From assembly GCA_964537195.1 (NCBI GenBank), contig CAZHYZ010000002.1:66416-130415 (forward strand): a stretch of 64,000 nucleotides of DNA, in the 5' to 3' direction. This stretch comes from an uncultured Methanosarcinales archaeon. GTDB lineage: Archaea > Nanobdellota > Nanobdellia > Woesearchaeales > GW2011-AR15. Position 1 is the stretch's first letter, and every line of letters starts with the position of its first letter. Made by a program: the position numbers and the translations under genes. Shown in pieces: positions 8,223 through 17,588 of the stretch. The notes beneath the pieces are model-generated. The model searched no databases, had not been told where the DNA came from, and worked only from the letters and a program-made list of their open reading frames with translations.

Positions 8223-9752
8223 ATGTCTAAATATTCAAAAAGACTAGTACACGGGACCATCATTATTTTTGCATCAATGTTTTTGTCAGCCTTAATAGGA
8301 TATGGATTAAAGTTAGTTTTTGCAAGAACCCTTACTGTTCAGAACATTGGTTTGTTTTATTCAGTTTTAGGATTTATTTCCTTCTTTGTTTTTGTTAGAG
8401 ATCTGGGACTCTCTAATTCTTTAATATATTTCATTCCAAGGTTTATAGTAGAAAAAGCACCTCGGAAGATTAAGTCAAGCATTGTTTTTGCTGTTTTTGT
8501 GCAGTTTATTCTTGGTTTTTTATTTTTGATTGTTCTAGTTCTTGTATCGGGATTATTAACAAAATACTACTTCAAAGAATCTGCTGCAAGGCTTTTGTTG
8601 ATTATGTTGGCTATTTATTATTTAACAGATTCAATTAATGAAATATTGTTCAGAACATTTCAGGGATTCCAAAATATGTTTTTAGGAGAGTTCATAAATG
8701 TTTTTTTTCAACTTGTTTCTTCTATATTGATTATAGCTTTCGTACTAAGAGGAATAGATGTAAAATATTTTGGGTTTTCTTATGTAGTTGCATCAATCTT
8801 AACTGGTGGTGTTTTCTTTTTTATTTTTACTAAATATGTTTTTCCCAAATTTAACAAAACAAAAATTAAGATTACAAAAAAGTTTAGGGAGGAGATGTTA
8901 GCGTATTCTTTGCCAACAATGGTCGGAACGGTTACTGCAAGTTTTTATTCCCAACAAACAATTTTTTTTTTAACACTATTTGTTGGGTTGGAAGCAGTGG
9001 GGTTTTATGTTATGGCTAAATCTTTAGCAAAAGTATCTACATATTTTTTTAAGGCAACAACGAGAGTATTCGGACCAATGATGGCAGAACTATGGAAAAA
9101 GAAAGATATGAAAAATTTAGAATATTATTTTAATGAATTAATTAATGTTTCTTATTTAATTAGTGTACCCATAGGCTTTTCTATAATCTTTTTTTCGAAA
9201 GAAGCACTAAGAATATTATATGGAGAGAAGTTTGTTGTTGCCAGCCAGATATTGGGATTTTTTGCAATCTACCACTTAATATTTGCTTTTATAGGGATTC
9301 TTAAAGGTTTATTTTCACAAACAGGCAACCCAAAATTGGCCAGAAATTCCAATTATTTTTTGGGAGGTGTAAACATCATTTTGAATATATTATTGATACC
9401 TTTGTTTGGTCTTTTTGGGGCCGTGTTGTCTGACGTGATATCCGTTTCTCTTAATCTTGTGTATGTTATTTATATAAAAATAAAAAGATTTCCGATCTCA
9501 ATCAATTTAAAAAAACTAATCAAGCTTGCAGTTTCTTCGTTGTTTTTTATTCTACCTATCTTTTTTTTAAAAAAAATAATCCAATTACAACCTTTATTTG
9601 AATTGATATTGATAATTTCTATTGCAGGATCATTATATGTTTTTGCCCTGTTTTTGATGAATATTTTAAACTTTAAGAAAATAAATAATATATTGAAGAT
9701 GACTACAAATAACAAATTTCAAATTCCTTTTATGAGTGAAGATGACATCTAA
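8223..9752 (+). CDS. Polysaccharide biosynthesis protein / oligosaccharide flippase (Wzx, MOP superfamily)
   Basis: 509 aa with ~12-14 predicted TM helices, typical Wzx length and hydropathy, sitting in the middle of a glycan gene cluster. Confidence 0.65.
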   Translation: MSKYSKRLVHGTIIIFASMFLSALIGYGLKLVFARTLTVQNIGLFYSVLGFISFFVFVRDLGLSNSLIYFIPRFIVEKAPRKIKSSIVFAVFVQFILGFLFLIVLVLVSGLLTKYYFKESAARLLLIMLAIYYLTDSINEILFRTFQGFQNMFLGEFINVFFQLVSSILIIAFVLRGIDVKYFGFSYVVASILTGGVFFFIFTKYVFPKFNKTKIKITKKFREEMLAYSLPTMVGTVTASFYSQQTIFFLTLFVGLEAVGFYVMAKSLAKVSTYFFKATTRVFGPMMAELWKKKDMKNLEYYFNELINVSYLISVPIGFSIIFFSKEALRILYGEKFVVASQILGFFAIYHLIFAFIGILKGLFSQTGNPKLARNSNYFLGGVNIILNILLIPLFGLFGAVLSDVISVSLNLVYVIYIKIKRFPISINLKKLIKLAVSSLFFILPIFFLKKIIQLQPLFELILIISIAGSLYVFALFLMNILNFKKINNILKMTTNNKFQIPFMSEDDI

Positions 9753-10542
9753 TTCAGTTAAATCAGAAATCGTAAAGAAGATAGCAATAGATGCAGGTAA
9801 AAAAATTATGGGTTTCTACAAAGAACCATATGATGTTGAGAGAAAGGAAGACAAAAGCCCATTGACAGAAGCAGACCTAGAAGCCAATAAAATTATTATT
9901 TCAGGACTTAAAAACCATTTTCCAGAACATGCAATTCTTACAGAAGAGAAGGAAGATGATAGTTCAAGATTGGAGAAAGAGTATTGTTGGATCGTAGACC
10001 CTCTCGATGGTACAAAAGAATTCATTAAAAAAAATGGGGAGTTTACAGTCAACATTGCACTAGTTAAAAACAACAAACCAATTCTAGGGGTAATTTATTT
10101 ACCTGTTAAAGAAACACTATATTATGCTTCTTTGGGAGATGGTGCATTCAAAGAAGAGAAAGGCAAAAAAACAAAGATTAATGTTTCTGACAGAGACGAA
10201 ATTAATGAAATGATTTTAATAAAGAGCAGGTCTCATGCGAGCGAAAAACTTCAAAAGATCATACAGAAAAATAACTTTAAAGACATATTAACTGCAGGAA
10301 GTTCTCTAAAAGGTTGTCTTGTAGCAGAAGGCAAAGCAGATGTTTATTATAGAATAGGTCCGACACATGAATGGGACATTTGTGCCATGGACATTATTGT
10401 AAAAGAAGCTGGAGGGAAGATGACAGATTTAAGCGGAAACGAAATCAAATATAATCAGAGAGATACATTAATAAATGGATTCTTGGTTTCAAATGGTAGA
10501 AAACACAGAGAATTAATTAATGAGGCAGATAAAATTGACTAA
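9736..10542 (+). CDS. cysQ: 3'(2'),5'-bisphosphate nucleotidase (CysQ, inositol monophosphatase family)
   Basis: WIVDPLDGTKEF metal-binding motif and EWDICAMDIIVKEAGG C-terminal motif of the IMPase/CysQ family. It lies directly upstream of the APS-kinase genes. Confidence 0.75.
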   Translation: MKMTSNSVKSEIVKKIAIDAGKKIMGFYKEPYDVERKEDKSPLTEADLEANKIIISGLKNHFPEHAILTEEKEDDSSRLEKEYCWIVDPLDGTKEFIKKNGEFTVNIALVKNNKPILGVIYLPVKETLYYASLGDGAFKEEKGKKTKINVSDRDEINEMILIKSRSHASEKLQKIIQKNNFKDILTAGSSLKGCLVAEGKADVYYRIGPTHEWDICAMDIIVKEAGGKMTDLSGNEIKYNQRDTLINGFLVSNGRKHRELINEADKID

Positions 10543-11452
10543 AAGAGCAGTATTTATTGGCAGATGGACACCATTTCACAACGGACACCTAACTATTATG
10601 AAGAAGAAAATAGAAGAAGGAAAACCCCTCTTGATTTTAGTTAGGGATACACATTACGATCTTTATCCTGCAGAAATGCGTAAGAGAATGATTGAGGCGG
10701 CCATGTCAGAACTTAAAGTAGATGCAAAGGTTGAGATTATTGATGATATTGAGAGCGTTAATTATGGTCGTGGAGTAGGTTATGAGATCAATGAAATTGA
10801 AGTTCCAGAGAATATCAAAAGAGTTTCTGCAACACAAATAAGAGAAATGATTTCAGACGGAGATAAAAGTTGGAGAGAGTTTATTCCCTCGGGCGCAGAT
10901 AAAGTATTGGAAGATTATCTCTCAGATAAAGGAATGGTTGTCTGGTTTACTGGATTACCAAAAGCAGGAAAATCAACTATTGCTAATTTGGTAAGTTATA
11001 AATTAGAGAGACAAGGAATTAGAAACGAAAGACTGGACAGTAAAATTCTTAGGGAATCAATTTCTAGCGATTTGATGTTTACTAAAGAAGACAGAGACAA
11101 AAATTTAGAAAGAGCAGCATTTATTGCAAAAATATTATCTAGAAATGGAGGAATTGCATTATGTTCTTTTATTACACCTTATGAAAAGCAAAGAGAAGAA
11201 ATAAAGAAAGAAGTTAATTCAAAAGCAAGGTTTGTTGAAGTATATGTCAAATGTTCTCTTGAAGAATGTAAAAGAAGAGATAATGAAGGGTTGTATGAGA
11301 AAGCGGAGAAAGGAGAGATAAAGAATTTTACAGGGGTTTCTGATCCTTATGAAGAACCAAAGAACCCAAATCTTGTCTTAGATACAGAAAAAAAATCTGC
11401 AGAAGAATCTGCCAATGAAGTCGTTAAATACATATTGTCTTTAGTAAAATGA
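10520..11452 (+). CDS. Fusion protein: NMNAT-like HxGH nucleotidyltransferase domain plus APS-kinase-like P-loop domain with a diverged APS-binding loop. Candidate sulfate adenylyltransferase/PAPS synthase-like or NadR-like enzyme
   Basis: N-terminal AVFIGRWTPFHNGHL (cf. archaeal NMNAT GRFQPFHKGHL). C-terminal GLPKAGKST P-loop and ..LYEKAEKGEIKNFTGVSDPYEEP. The canonical ILDGDNVRHGLN loop is replaced by RLDSKILRESIS. Confidence 0.5.
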   Translation: MRQIKLTKRAVFIGRWTPFHNGHLTIMKKKIEEGKPLLILVRDTHYDLYPAEMRKRMIEAAMSELKVDAKVEIIDDIESVNYGRGVGYEINEIEVPENIKRVSATQIREMISDGDKSWREFIPSGADKVLEDYLSDKGMVVWFTGLPKAGKSTIANLVSYKLERQGIRNERLDSKILRESISSDLMFTKEDRDKNLERAAFIAKILSRNGGIALCSFITPYEKQREEIKKEVNSKARFVEVYVKCSLEECKRRDNEGLYEKAEKGEIKNFTGVSDPYEEPKNPNLVLDTEKKSAEESANEVVKYILSLVK

Positions 11453-12024
11453 AATCTCCAAATGTTACTTGGCATCACGGCAAAATAGCCAAGGAAGATA
11501 GAAATAATCTTCTTGGATATAATAATAAAGTTTTATGGTTTACAGGCCTTTCTGGAAGCGGAAAATCAACAATTGCAGCAGAATTGGAAAAGGAATTACA
11601 CGAAGAAGGAAAGTTGACATATATTCTTGATGGCGACAATGTTAGACATGGCTTAAATAGTGATCTTGGATTTTCTCCAGAAGATAGAGGAGAGAATATA
11701 AGAAGGATAGCAGAAGTAGCTAAGTTATTCTACGATGCCGGAGTGTATGTTCTTGTCTGCTTCATTAGTCCTTATATAAAAGACAGAAGATATGCTCGTA
11801 AGTTAATTGGAGAAGATTTTGTTGAAGTATATGTGAAGTGTTCTATTGAGGAGTGCAAGAAGAGAGACCCTAAAGGGTTGTATGAGAAAGCGGAGAAAGG
11901 AGAGATTAAAAATTTGACGGGAGTGGATGCTCCTTATGAAGAGCCGGAAAAGGCTGAGGTTGTGGTTGATACTGATGATTTAGATTTAAATCAGAGTAAA
12001 AACAAAATTAAGAGGAATATGTGA
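11449..12024 (+). CDS. cysC: Adenylylsulfate (APS) kinase
   Basis: Canonical GLSGSGKST P-loop, LDGDNVRHGLN APS-binding motif, and KAEKGEIKNLTGVDAPYEEP. Confidence 0.9.
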   Translation: MKSPNVTWHHGKIAKEDRNNLLGYNNKVLWFTGLSGSGKSTIAAELEKELHEEGKLTYILDGDNVRHGLNSDLGFSPEDRGENIRRIAEVAKLFYDAGVYVLVCFISPYIKDRRYARKLIGEDFVEVYVKCSIEECKKRDPKGLYEKAEKGEIKNLTGVDAPYEEPEKAEVVVDTDDLDLNQSKNKIKRNM

Positions 12025-13043
12025 TGGGAAAAAGAGCACAAACAATTTCCTGGTGTGTTTTGGCAGGAACACAGAACATAGGAGATGAAGCAATATTTTT
12101 AGGGGGGTTGAAACGTCTTCAAAAAGAACACGGCAAGAATTTCAAACTCAATTGTTTTGTAGCTAACACAGAACAATTTATTAAATCACATAAGATAAAC
12201 AAAGCACTCCCGATTTTTCATTGGTATAAACCAAGAAATGTTATTAAATCTTTGAAAGCACTAATTGAGTCAGACAAGGTCTATTATGGAGGGGGTGCCA
12301 TGTTACAATTTGATCACCGGATGATGTCTTTTTTAATATTTTCGAAACTTTTAGGAAAACCAACAGAGGTAATGGCGTGTGGAAGCATGCCCCTAAACAA
12401 AGTAAACAGAAAAATTAGACTTATACTTTCTAGGATAGCTCTCAACATGGTTGATTCTATCTCTGTTCGTGATGTAGAAAGCAGAACTCAGCTTAAAAGA
12501 ATTGGTGTTAGAAAAAGAATAGATATAGAACAAGACCTTGCTTATTTGACTATTCCTAAAAGAAAAAAATCAAGGAAAAGGAACAAAAACAAAAAATTAA
12601 AAATATTAATGAACGTTAAAAAACACCAGAGGGAAGCAAAAAACAGAAAAGAAGTCATAGGAAACATTAAAAGAACATTGGAATTTCTTGAAAAAAGACA
12701 AAAAATTGATTTGGAAGCAGTTTTGTTTAACACATCCGATTTACAAACAGTAAAGGAAATCTCGGAGAAGACGAATAGAGAAATTATCATAAAAATCTTT
12801 CCTCCTCTTCCCAAACAATTTTTTAAAATAATGGAGAAATATGATTTAATATTATCTATGAGGAAGCACCCAATTATTTTTGCAGATATGCTTAATCTGC
12901 CTTTCTTTGCTTTTGATAATGATCCGGCAATGAAGTGGCAAGTTAAAAAAATGGGAAAATTGGAATATTTTATATCTTGTGACATGACTAAAAAAGAAAT
13001 TAAGAAAAAAGTTATAAATCTTTTGAAAGCAAAAGAAGCTTAA
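12021..13043 (+). CDS. Polysaccharide pyruvyl transferase family protein (CsaB/WcaK-like)
   Basis: N-terminal AGTQNIGDEAIFLG (cf. GNLGDEAIL) and C-terminal HPIIFADMLNLPFFAFDNDPAMKW. A Lys-rich insertion (KRKKSRKRNKNKK) sits in the middle. Confidence 0.5.
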   Translation: MMGKRAQTISWCVLAGTQNIGDEAIFLGGLKRLQKEHGKNFKLNCFVANTEQFIKSHKINKALPIFHWYKPRNVIKSLKALIESDKVYYGGGAMLQFDHRMMSFLIFSKLLGKPTEVMACGSMPLNKVNRKIRLILSRIALNMVDSISVRDVESRTQLKRIGVRKRIDIEQDLAYLTIPKRKKSRKRNKNKKLKILMNVKKHQREAKNRKEVIGNIKRTLEFLEKRQKIDLEAVLFNTSDLQTVKEISEKTNREIIIKIFPPLPKQFFKIMEKYDLILSMRKHPIIFADMLNLPFFAFDNDPAMKWQVKKMGKLEYFISCDMTKKEIKKKVINLLKAKEA

Positions 13044-13074
13044 GAAAACAAGAAAGTCTTTTTTAGAAAGGAAA

Positions 13075-14247
13075 ATGAAAAAAATCTTTATTGTTTGTCG
13101 ATATTTCAAGCCAAACAGCGGATCTTATGCAGGTATGATTGAAGAATTCTCAAAAAGAGCTTGTAAAAAATACAAAATAAAAATTCTGTCTTTAAATACA
13201 AATCAAAAACAACAATATAAAGAAACAAAAGAATATGCAGAGATAATAAGATTCAAAGGACCAAAATTTAAGTTGCCATTTTTTGGAATAAACACAGATT
13301 ATCTTGTTTTGGCTAGAGAAGTAAGAAGTTATTTTAGAAAAAATCCGCCAAGAGAAAAAGACAGAATAATAGCTAATAGTAGAGCAGCACTAGGGGTTTT
13401 AAATCATAAATATTTTTTGAGAATGGGACAACCAGCATTTACTTTTTTGAATAATATGGAGTTGGCAAAAAATGAAGTTTCTATTTTTTCCAGAATGGGT
13501 AGAGCAATACATCATTTAATAATGTATTTTATGGAAAAAAAGGTAGTAAAAAATGCGTTTGGGTTTATTATTTCTTCTGAAAAAAACAGAAGAAACATAT
13601 TGAATTACTATGGAGGAGATAAAAAACCTTATTTTATTCCTTTTTCAGGTGTTAAATATAAAGGATTACAAAAAGGGGAGAAAAATCATAAAAGAGGGAG
13701 AAAATTATTGTTTGTTTCTGCAGGAAAAGAAAAGATTAGAAAAGGGGTAAATTACATAGAGGCAGGACTTCCAACTCTTTTTGAAAAATACAAAGATTTA
13801 AAATTAATACATGTGGGGGAGAAATTCTCTTGGAGTGTTCCTCCAAAATATAATGAAAGAATACTTTCTGTAGGAAAAATTCCTTGGGAGAGAATGAAAG
13901 ATTATTATGCAACAGCGGACATGTTTGTTCTAGCTTCTCTTCAAGAAGGTTTTCCAAACACAATTTTGGAGGCCATGGCGGCTGGGTGTCCCATAGTTAC
14001 TAGTGACATAGATGGGATAGAGGAATACATAACCCATAAGAAAGAAGGATATATATTTGAGAGAGCGAACACGAAGTCATTAATAGAAGGAATTGAGTAT
14101 ATGTTACAAAACCCCAAAAAGGCAAGAGTATATTCTGACTGTGCCAAAAAGAAGGCAAGGAGATTAGATTACAAACATTTCTCAGGAAAACTTGTGGATT
14201 TCTTAGAAAATAAAAACACTAAAACCAATTTGTTAAAAACGACTTAA
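13075..14247 (+). CDS. Glycosyltransferase family 4 (GT-B fold)
   Basis: C-terminal EGFPNTILEAMAAGCPIVTSDIDGIEEYI Glycos_transf_1 motif. Confidence 0.75.
   Translation: MKKIFIVCRYFKPNSGSYAGMIEEFSKRACKKYKIKILSLNTNQKQQYKETKEYAEIIRFKGPKFKLPFFGINTDYLVLAREVRSYFRKNPPREKDRIIANSRAALGVLNHKYFLRMGQPAFTFLNNMELAKNEVSIFSRMGRAIHHLIMYFMEKKVVKNAFGFIISSEKNRRNILNYYGGDKKPYFIPFSGVKYKGLQKGEKNHKRGRKLLFVSAGKEKIRKGVNYIEAGLPTLFEKYKDLKLIHVGEKFSWSVPPKYNERILSVGKIPWERMKDYYATADMFVLASLQEGFPNTILEAMAAGCPIVTSDIDGIEEYITHKKEGYIFERANTKSLIEGIEYMLQNPKKARVYSDCAKKKARRLDYKHFSGKLVDFLENKNTKTNLLKTT
13950..14070 (+). repeat. Paralogous GT4 core segment (copy 1), ~85% nt identity to 16180..16300
   Basis: ggttttccaaacacaattttggaggccatggcggctgggtgtccc.. 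versus ggatttcccaacacaattttggaggcgatggctgcaggatgccct.. A dispersed direct repeat created by gene duplication. Confidence 0.6.
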
Positions 14248-14248
14248 A

Positions 14249-15198
14249 TTAAGAAATCTTTCGAAACAGATAGTTTAGGTTTTGGTCATTCATTTTTATT
14301 TGTCTAAAATTTTTATTATAATATTTTTTATACTTCTTTGAATTCCCAATTTTTATAGATTCTTTTAGATGGTCTCCACCAATCTTTCTGTCAAAAACAC
14401 CACCCATTGAATCAATTAGTAAACCATTAGTTTTTAGTCCATAAGTAATTCTTTTCACTAATTTTAAAGGGTCCCTAACGTGCTCAAATAATTCTGTTGC
14501 AACTATTAAATCACATTTCTCCTTTTTCAATATAGGATAATGAGAAGGATTTTATATCTTTATTGTATTTATAAGATATTCTCTCTTTTTAAATCTCCAG
14601 ATGGCAAAATCAAATTTCTTATTGTCCAAATCCGCTATTGTCACATCGTCACCTTTTTCACAAAACAGTAAACCAATGTCGGAAACACCACACCCATAAT
14701 CAAGTATTGATAACTTTCTTCTTTTTCCTAATTGTTCTTTGATTTTGTCTAAATAATTTGTGACAAGAGTATATCTTGTATAGGCCATCATTAGTCTTAA
14801 AGTATAATCAAAGGAACTAATGCTATAAGCTTTGTTTAGCATCTGATTTGTTTTTGTATTTTCTTCAAAAGAGGCGTCAATCTTTTTTTAAATCTATAAC
14901 TAAAAGGAAACCCGTTTTTTAGATAATAAAAGAAAAGTTCAGCAGGTTTCAATCCAAAAAACTCTTCAATCTCTTTTTGTCTGTCAACAAACAAAGGTTT
15001 AGAAGGGTCAAGTTGTGTTTTTTTAATAAGTTCATGGTACTTGTTTCTTTTTATATTTGTTGGGTCTGTAAACATATGTTTGATAAAAAAACTTAATTTT
15101 AAAAAATCGTGAACAAGGGAAAATTTCTCAAAAAAGAAAGTATTTTTTTGTTCATTTAATTTCATAAAATAATCCTCTTTAATAATCTTATCTAACAA
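14249..15198 (-). pseudogene. Class I SAM-dependent methyltransferase disrupted into three reading frames (pseudogene or two sequencing frameshifts)
   Basis: Three consecutive minus-strand ORFs (15198..14836, 14842..14552, 14530..14249) are collinear with one MTase. Motif I LSILDYGCGVSDIG and the acidic-loop TIADLD fall in ORF2. Motif IV CDLIVATELFEHV..NGLLI falls in ORF3. Confidence 0.45.
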
Positions 15199-15300
15199 AA
15201 GAGAAGCCGTCAGTGCATCATATTAAAAAGAGAACAACCTTATATATTCTAAAATTATTTATATGTAAAAAATTAAAACAAACACAAGACTTGGCCGAAT

Positions 15301-16479
15301 ATGACTAAAAAACTATATGTCTTATCACAACAATTCTGGAAGAAAAAGGGATCTTATTCATTAGTTTTAAGAGAACTGTCTAAGGAAGCAAATAAACAAG
15401 GGTATAATGTCATAATTTTATGTGGTTTAAAAAGTAGTCAGAAAAAAAATGAAAAATTTGCTAACGGAATAATAAAGAGATTCAAAACAATGAATTTACC
15501 GGCGTTTGGATACATTATTAATGCCTATTATTTGGGGAGACAGATAAAAAAATACCTTGGAAAAGTAGGGGTTGTTAAGAACGATTTGATTTTTGCTAAT
15601 GGAGATGCTGCACTGGGGGCACTTGATCATAATTTCATACTTAGGGCAGGAGATCAACCTGCCCCAATATTTTTGAGAAACTTACAGATGTCAGAAGAAA
15701 AAATATCTTTTTTGGGGAAAATTGCTAGAAGAATTCATTTGAAACTTCAAGAAAAGATCGAAGAAAGAACCATAATGAACGCTGCCGGCGTAGTTTTTCC
15801 TTCTAAAAAGACAAGAAACCATTTTTGTAATCTTTATGGAGGAGAAGAAAAACCTTATTTTATACCTAGGTCTGGAGTTAATTTTTCTTCTTTTAAGAAA
15901 GGTAAGAAACTTCCTATAAAAGGAAAAAAATTATTATTTGTTTCAGCAGGCAGAGAGAGGATAAGGAAAGGTGTAATTTATCTTGAAAGAGCACTTCCAG
16001 AGTTATTTGATAAATATGAGGATCTTAAATTAGTACATGTGGGAGGAAAATTCGGGTGGAATGTTCCGACGAAATACAAAAACAGAATAATCACAGTTGG
16101 CAAAGTTCCTTGGAAAAAAATGAAAAATTATTATGCGACTGCAGATATATTTATCAACACCTCTTTGAGTGAAGGATTTCCCAACACAATTTTGGAGGCG
16201 ATGGCTGCAGGATGCCCTGTTGTCACGAGTGACATTGATGGAATTGAAGAATATATAACCCATAAAAAAGAAGGTTATATATTTGAAAGAGGAAACATAA
16301 GAAAATTGAAAAAAGGTATTGAATATTTGTTAAATAAAAAAAACTTCCCACACAAAATTTCTAAAAATGCTCAAGGAAAAATTAAGAAAATCAATTATGA
16401 GAACTATAATAGTAAATTATTAGAGTTTATTGAAAAAATAAATTGTAATAAAAAAATAAATGTAAACCTGTTGAAATAA
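15301..16479 (+). CDS. Glycosyltransferase family 4, paralogue of 13075..14247
   Basis: EGFPNTILEAMAAGCPVVTSDIDGIEEYITHKKEGYIFERG matches the upstream GT almost exactly (~85% nt identity over ~120 nt). Overall it is collinear with that gene. Confidence 0.75.
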   Translation: MTKKLYVLSQQFWKKKGSYSLVLRELSKEANKQGYNVIILCGLKSSQKKNEKFANGIIKRFKTMNLPAFGYIINAYYLGRQIKKYLGKVGVVKNDLIFANGDAALGALDHNFILRAGDQPAPIFLRNLQMSEEKISFLGKIARRIHLKLQEKIEERTIMNAAGVVFPSKKTRNHFCNLYGGEEKPYFIPRSGVNFSSFKKGKKLPIKGKKLLFVSAGRERIRKGVIYLERALPELFDKYEDLKLVHVGGKFGWNVPTKYKNRIITVGKVPWKKMKNYYATADIFINTSLSEGFPNTILEAMAAGCPVVTSDIDGIEEYITHKKEGYIFERGNIRKLKKGIEYLLNKKNFPHKISKNAQGKIKKINYENYNSKLLEFIEKINCNKKINVNLLK

Positions 16480-16517
16480 TAAAAATAAATTTAAAGTATA
16501 TCTTTTTCTTTCAAGAC

Positions 16518-17588
16518 ATGTCATTAAAAGTAGCATTATTAACAGGCTCTTTGAGGAATAGGGGAGGTGTAGAAAGGGTTGTGTTACACCAAGCGAAGGC
16601 TTTGAAAGCAGACATTATTGCAGGAAGATATAACTCCAACACAACATATGAAGAGTTCAAAAAGCTTAATGTGAAAACATTAATTAGTGAAAAATCATCA
16701 CAAAGAATAGGTGCGTTTTTATTAAGACATAAGTTCTCAAAACTAAAAGAAAAATACGATTTTTTCATATTCCATGGTGGAGTAACTCTTGAGGCAGCAA
16801 AAAACAATAAGCCAAACCTTTGGTATTGCCATTCTCCTACAAGATATTTATATGATTTATATGATGACGAACTAAAAAAACAAAGAGGATTAAAAAGAAG
16901 GGCTTTCAAAAAAGTTACTTCTTATTTGAGAAAAAGGGACCAAAAAAATGTTAGACAAATTAACACGATTGTTGTAAATTCTGAAAATGTAAAAAAAAGA
17001 GTGAAAAAATATTATAATAGAAGTTCTGATGTTGTTTACCCTTTTGTTGATTTAAATAAGTTTAAATGGATTTTACAAGGAGACTTCTATTTATCTACAG
17101 CTAGACTTGATCCAATAAAAAGAGTAGATTTGCTTGTTAGGGCATTTGAGAAAATGCCTGATAAGAACTTGATAATTGCAAGTTCTGGCCCAGAATATAG
17201 TAAACTTAAAAAGATGTCTGAAAATAAAAAAAACATAGCTGTTTTGGGTAGGGTATCTGATAAGAAACTAATAGAACTATATGGGAAATGTATAGCTACC
17301 TTCTCTGTTTCATATAAAGAAGATTTCGGTATGGTTCCATTAGAGAGCATGGCATGTGGAAAGCCATGTATAGCTACAAATACAGGAGGACATAAAGAAA
17401 CAATAATCGATAAAAAAACAGGAGAACTAATAAATCCAGAGAACATCGGGAACATTGTTGATGCCGTAAAAAAAATGTCTCCAGAAAATGCAAAGAAAAT
17501 GAGAAAAGCGTGTGAAAAAAGGGCAGAAGAGTTTTCTTTAGAGAAACACTTAACAAAACTAAAAAAAGCAATTTTAGAAACAAAATGA
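16518..17588 (+). CDS. Glycosyltransferase family 4
   Basis: EDFGMVPLESMACGKPCIATNTGGHKETIIDKKTGELI Glycos_transf_1 signature, with the E..E residues. Confidence 0.7.
   Translation: MSLKVALLTGSLRNRGGVERVVLHQAKALKADIIAGRYNSNTTYEEFKKLNVKTLISEKSSQRIGAFLLRHKFSKLKEKYDFFIFHGGVTLEAAKNNKPNLWYCHSPTRYLYDLYDDELKKQRGLKRRAFKKVTSYLRKRDQKNVRQINTIVVNSENVKKRVKKYYNRSSDVVYPFVDLNKFKWILQGDFYLSTARLDPIKRVDLLVRAFEKMPDKNLIIASSGPEYSKLKKMSENKKNIAVLGRVSDKKLIELYGKCIATFSVSYKEDFGMVPLESMACGKPCIATNTGGHKETIIDKKTGELINPENIGNIVDAVKKMSPENAKKMRKACEKRAEEFSLEKHLTKLKKAILETK

Noticed and set aside
12542-13109. Two minus-strand ORFs (147 and 85 aa) antisense to the pyruvyl-transferase gene
   Set aside because: They are Phe/Leu/Ile-rich translations of the AT-rich antisense strand with no domain signature. 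The + strand gene carries the recognisable motifs.
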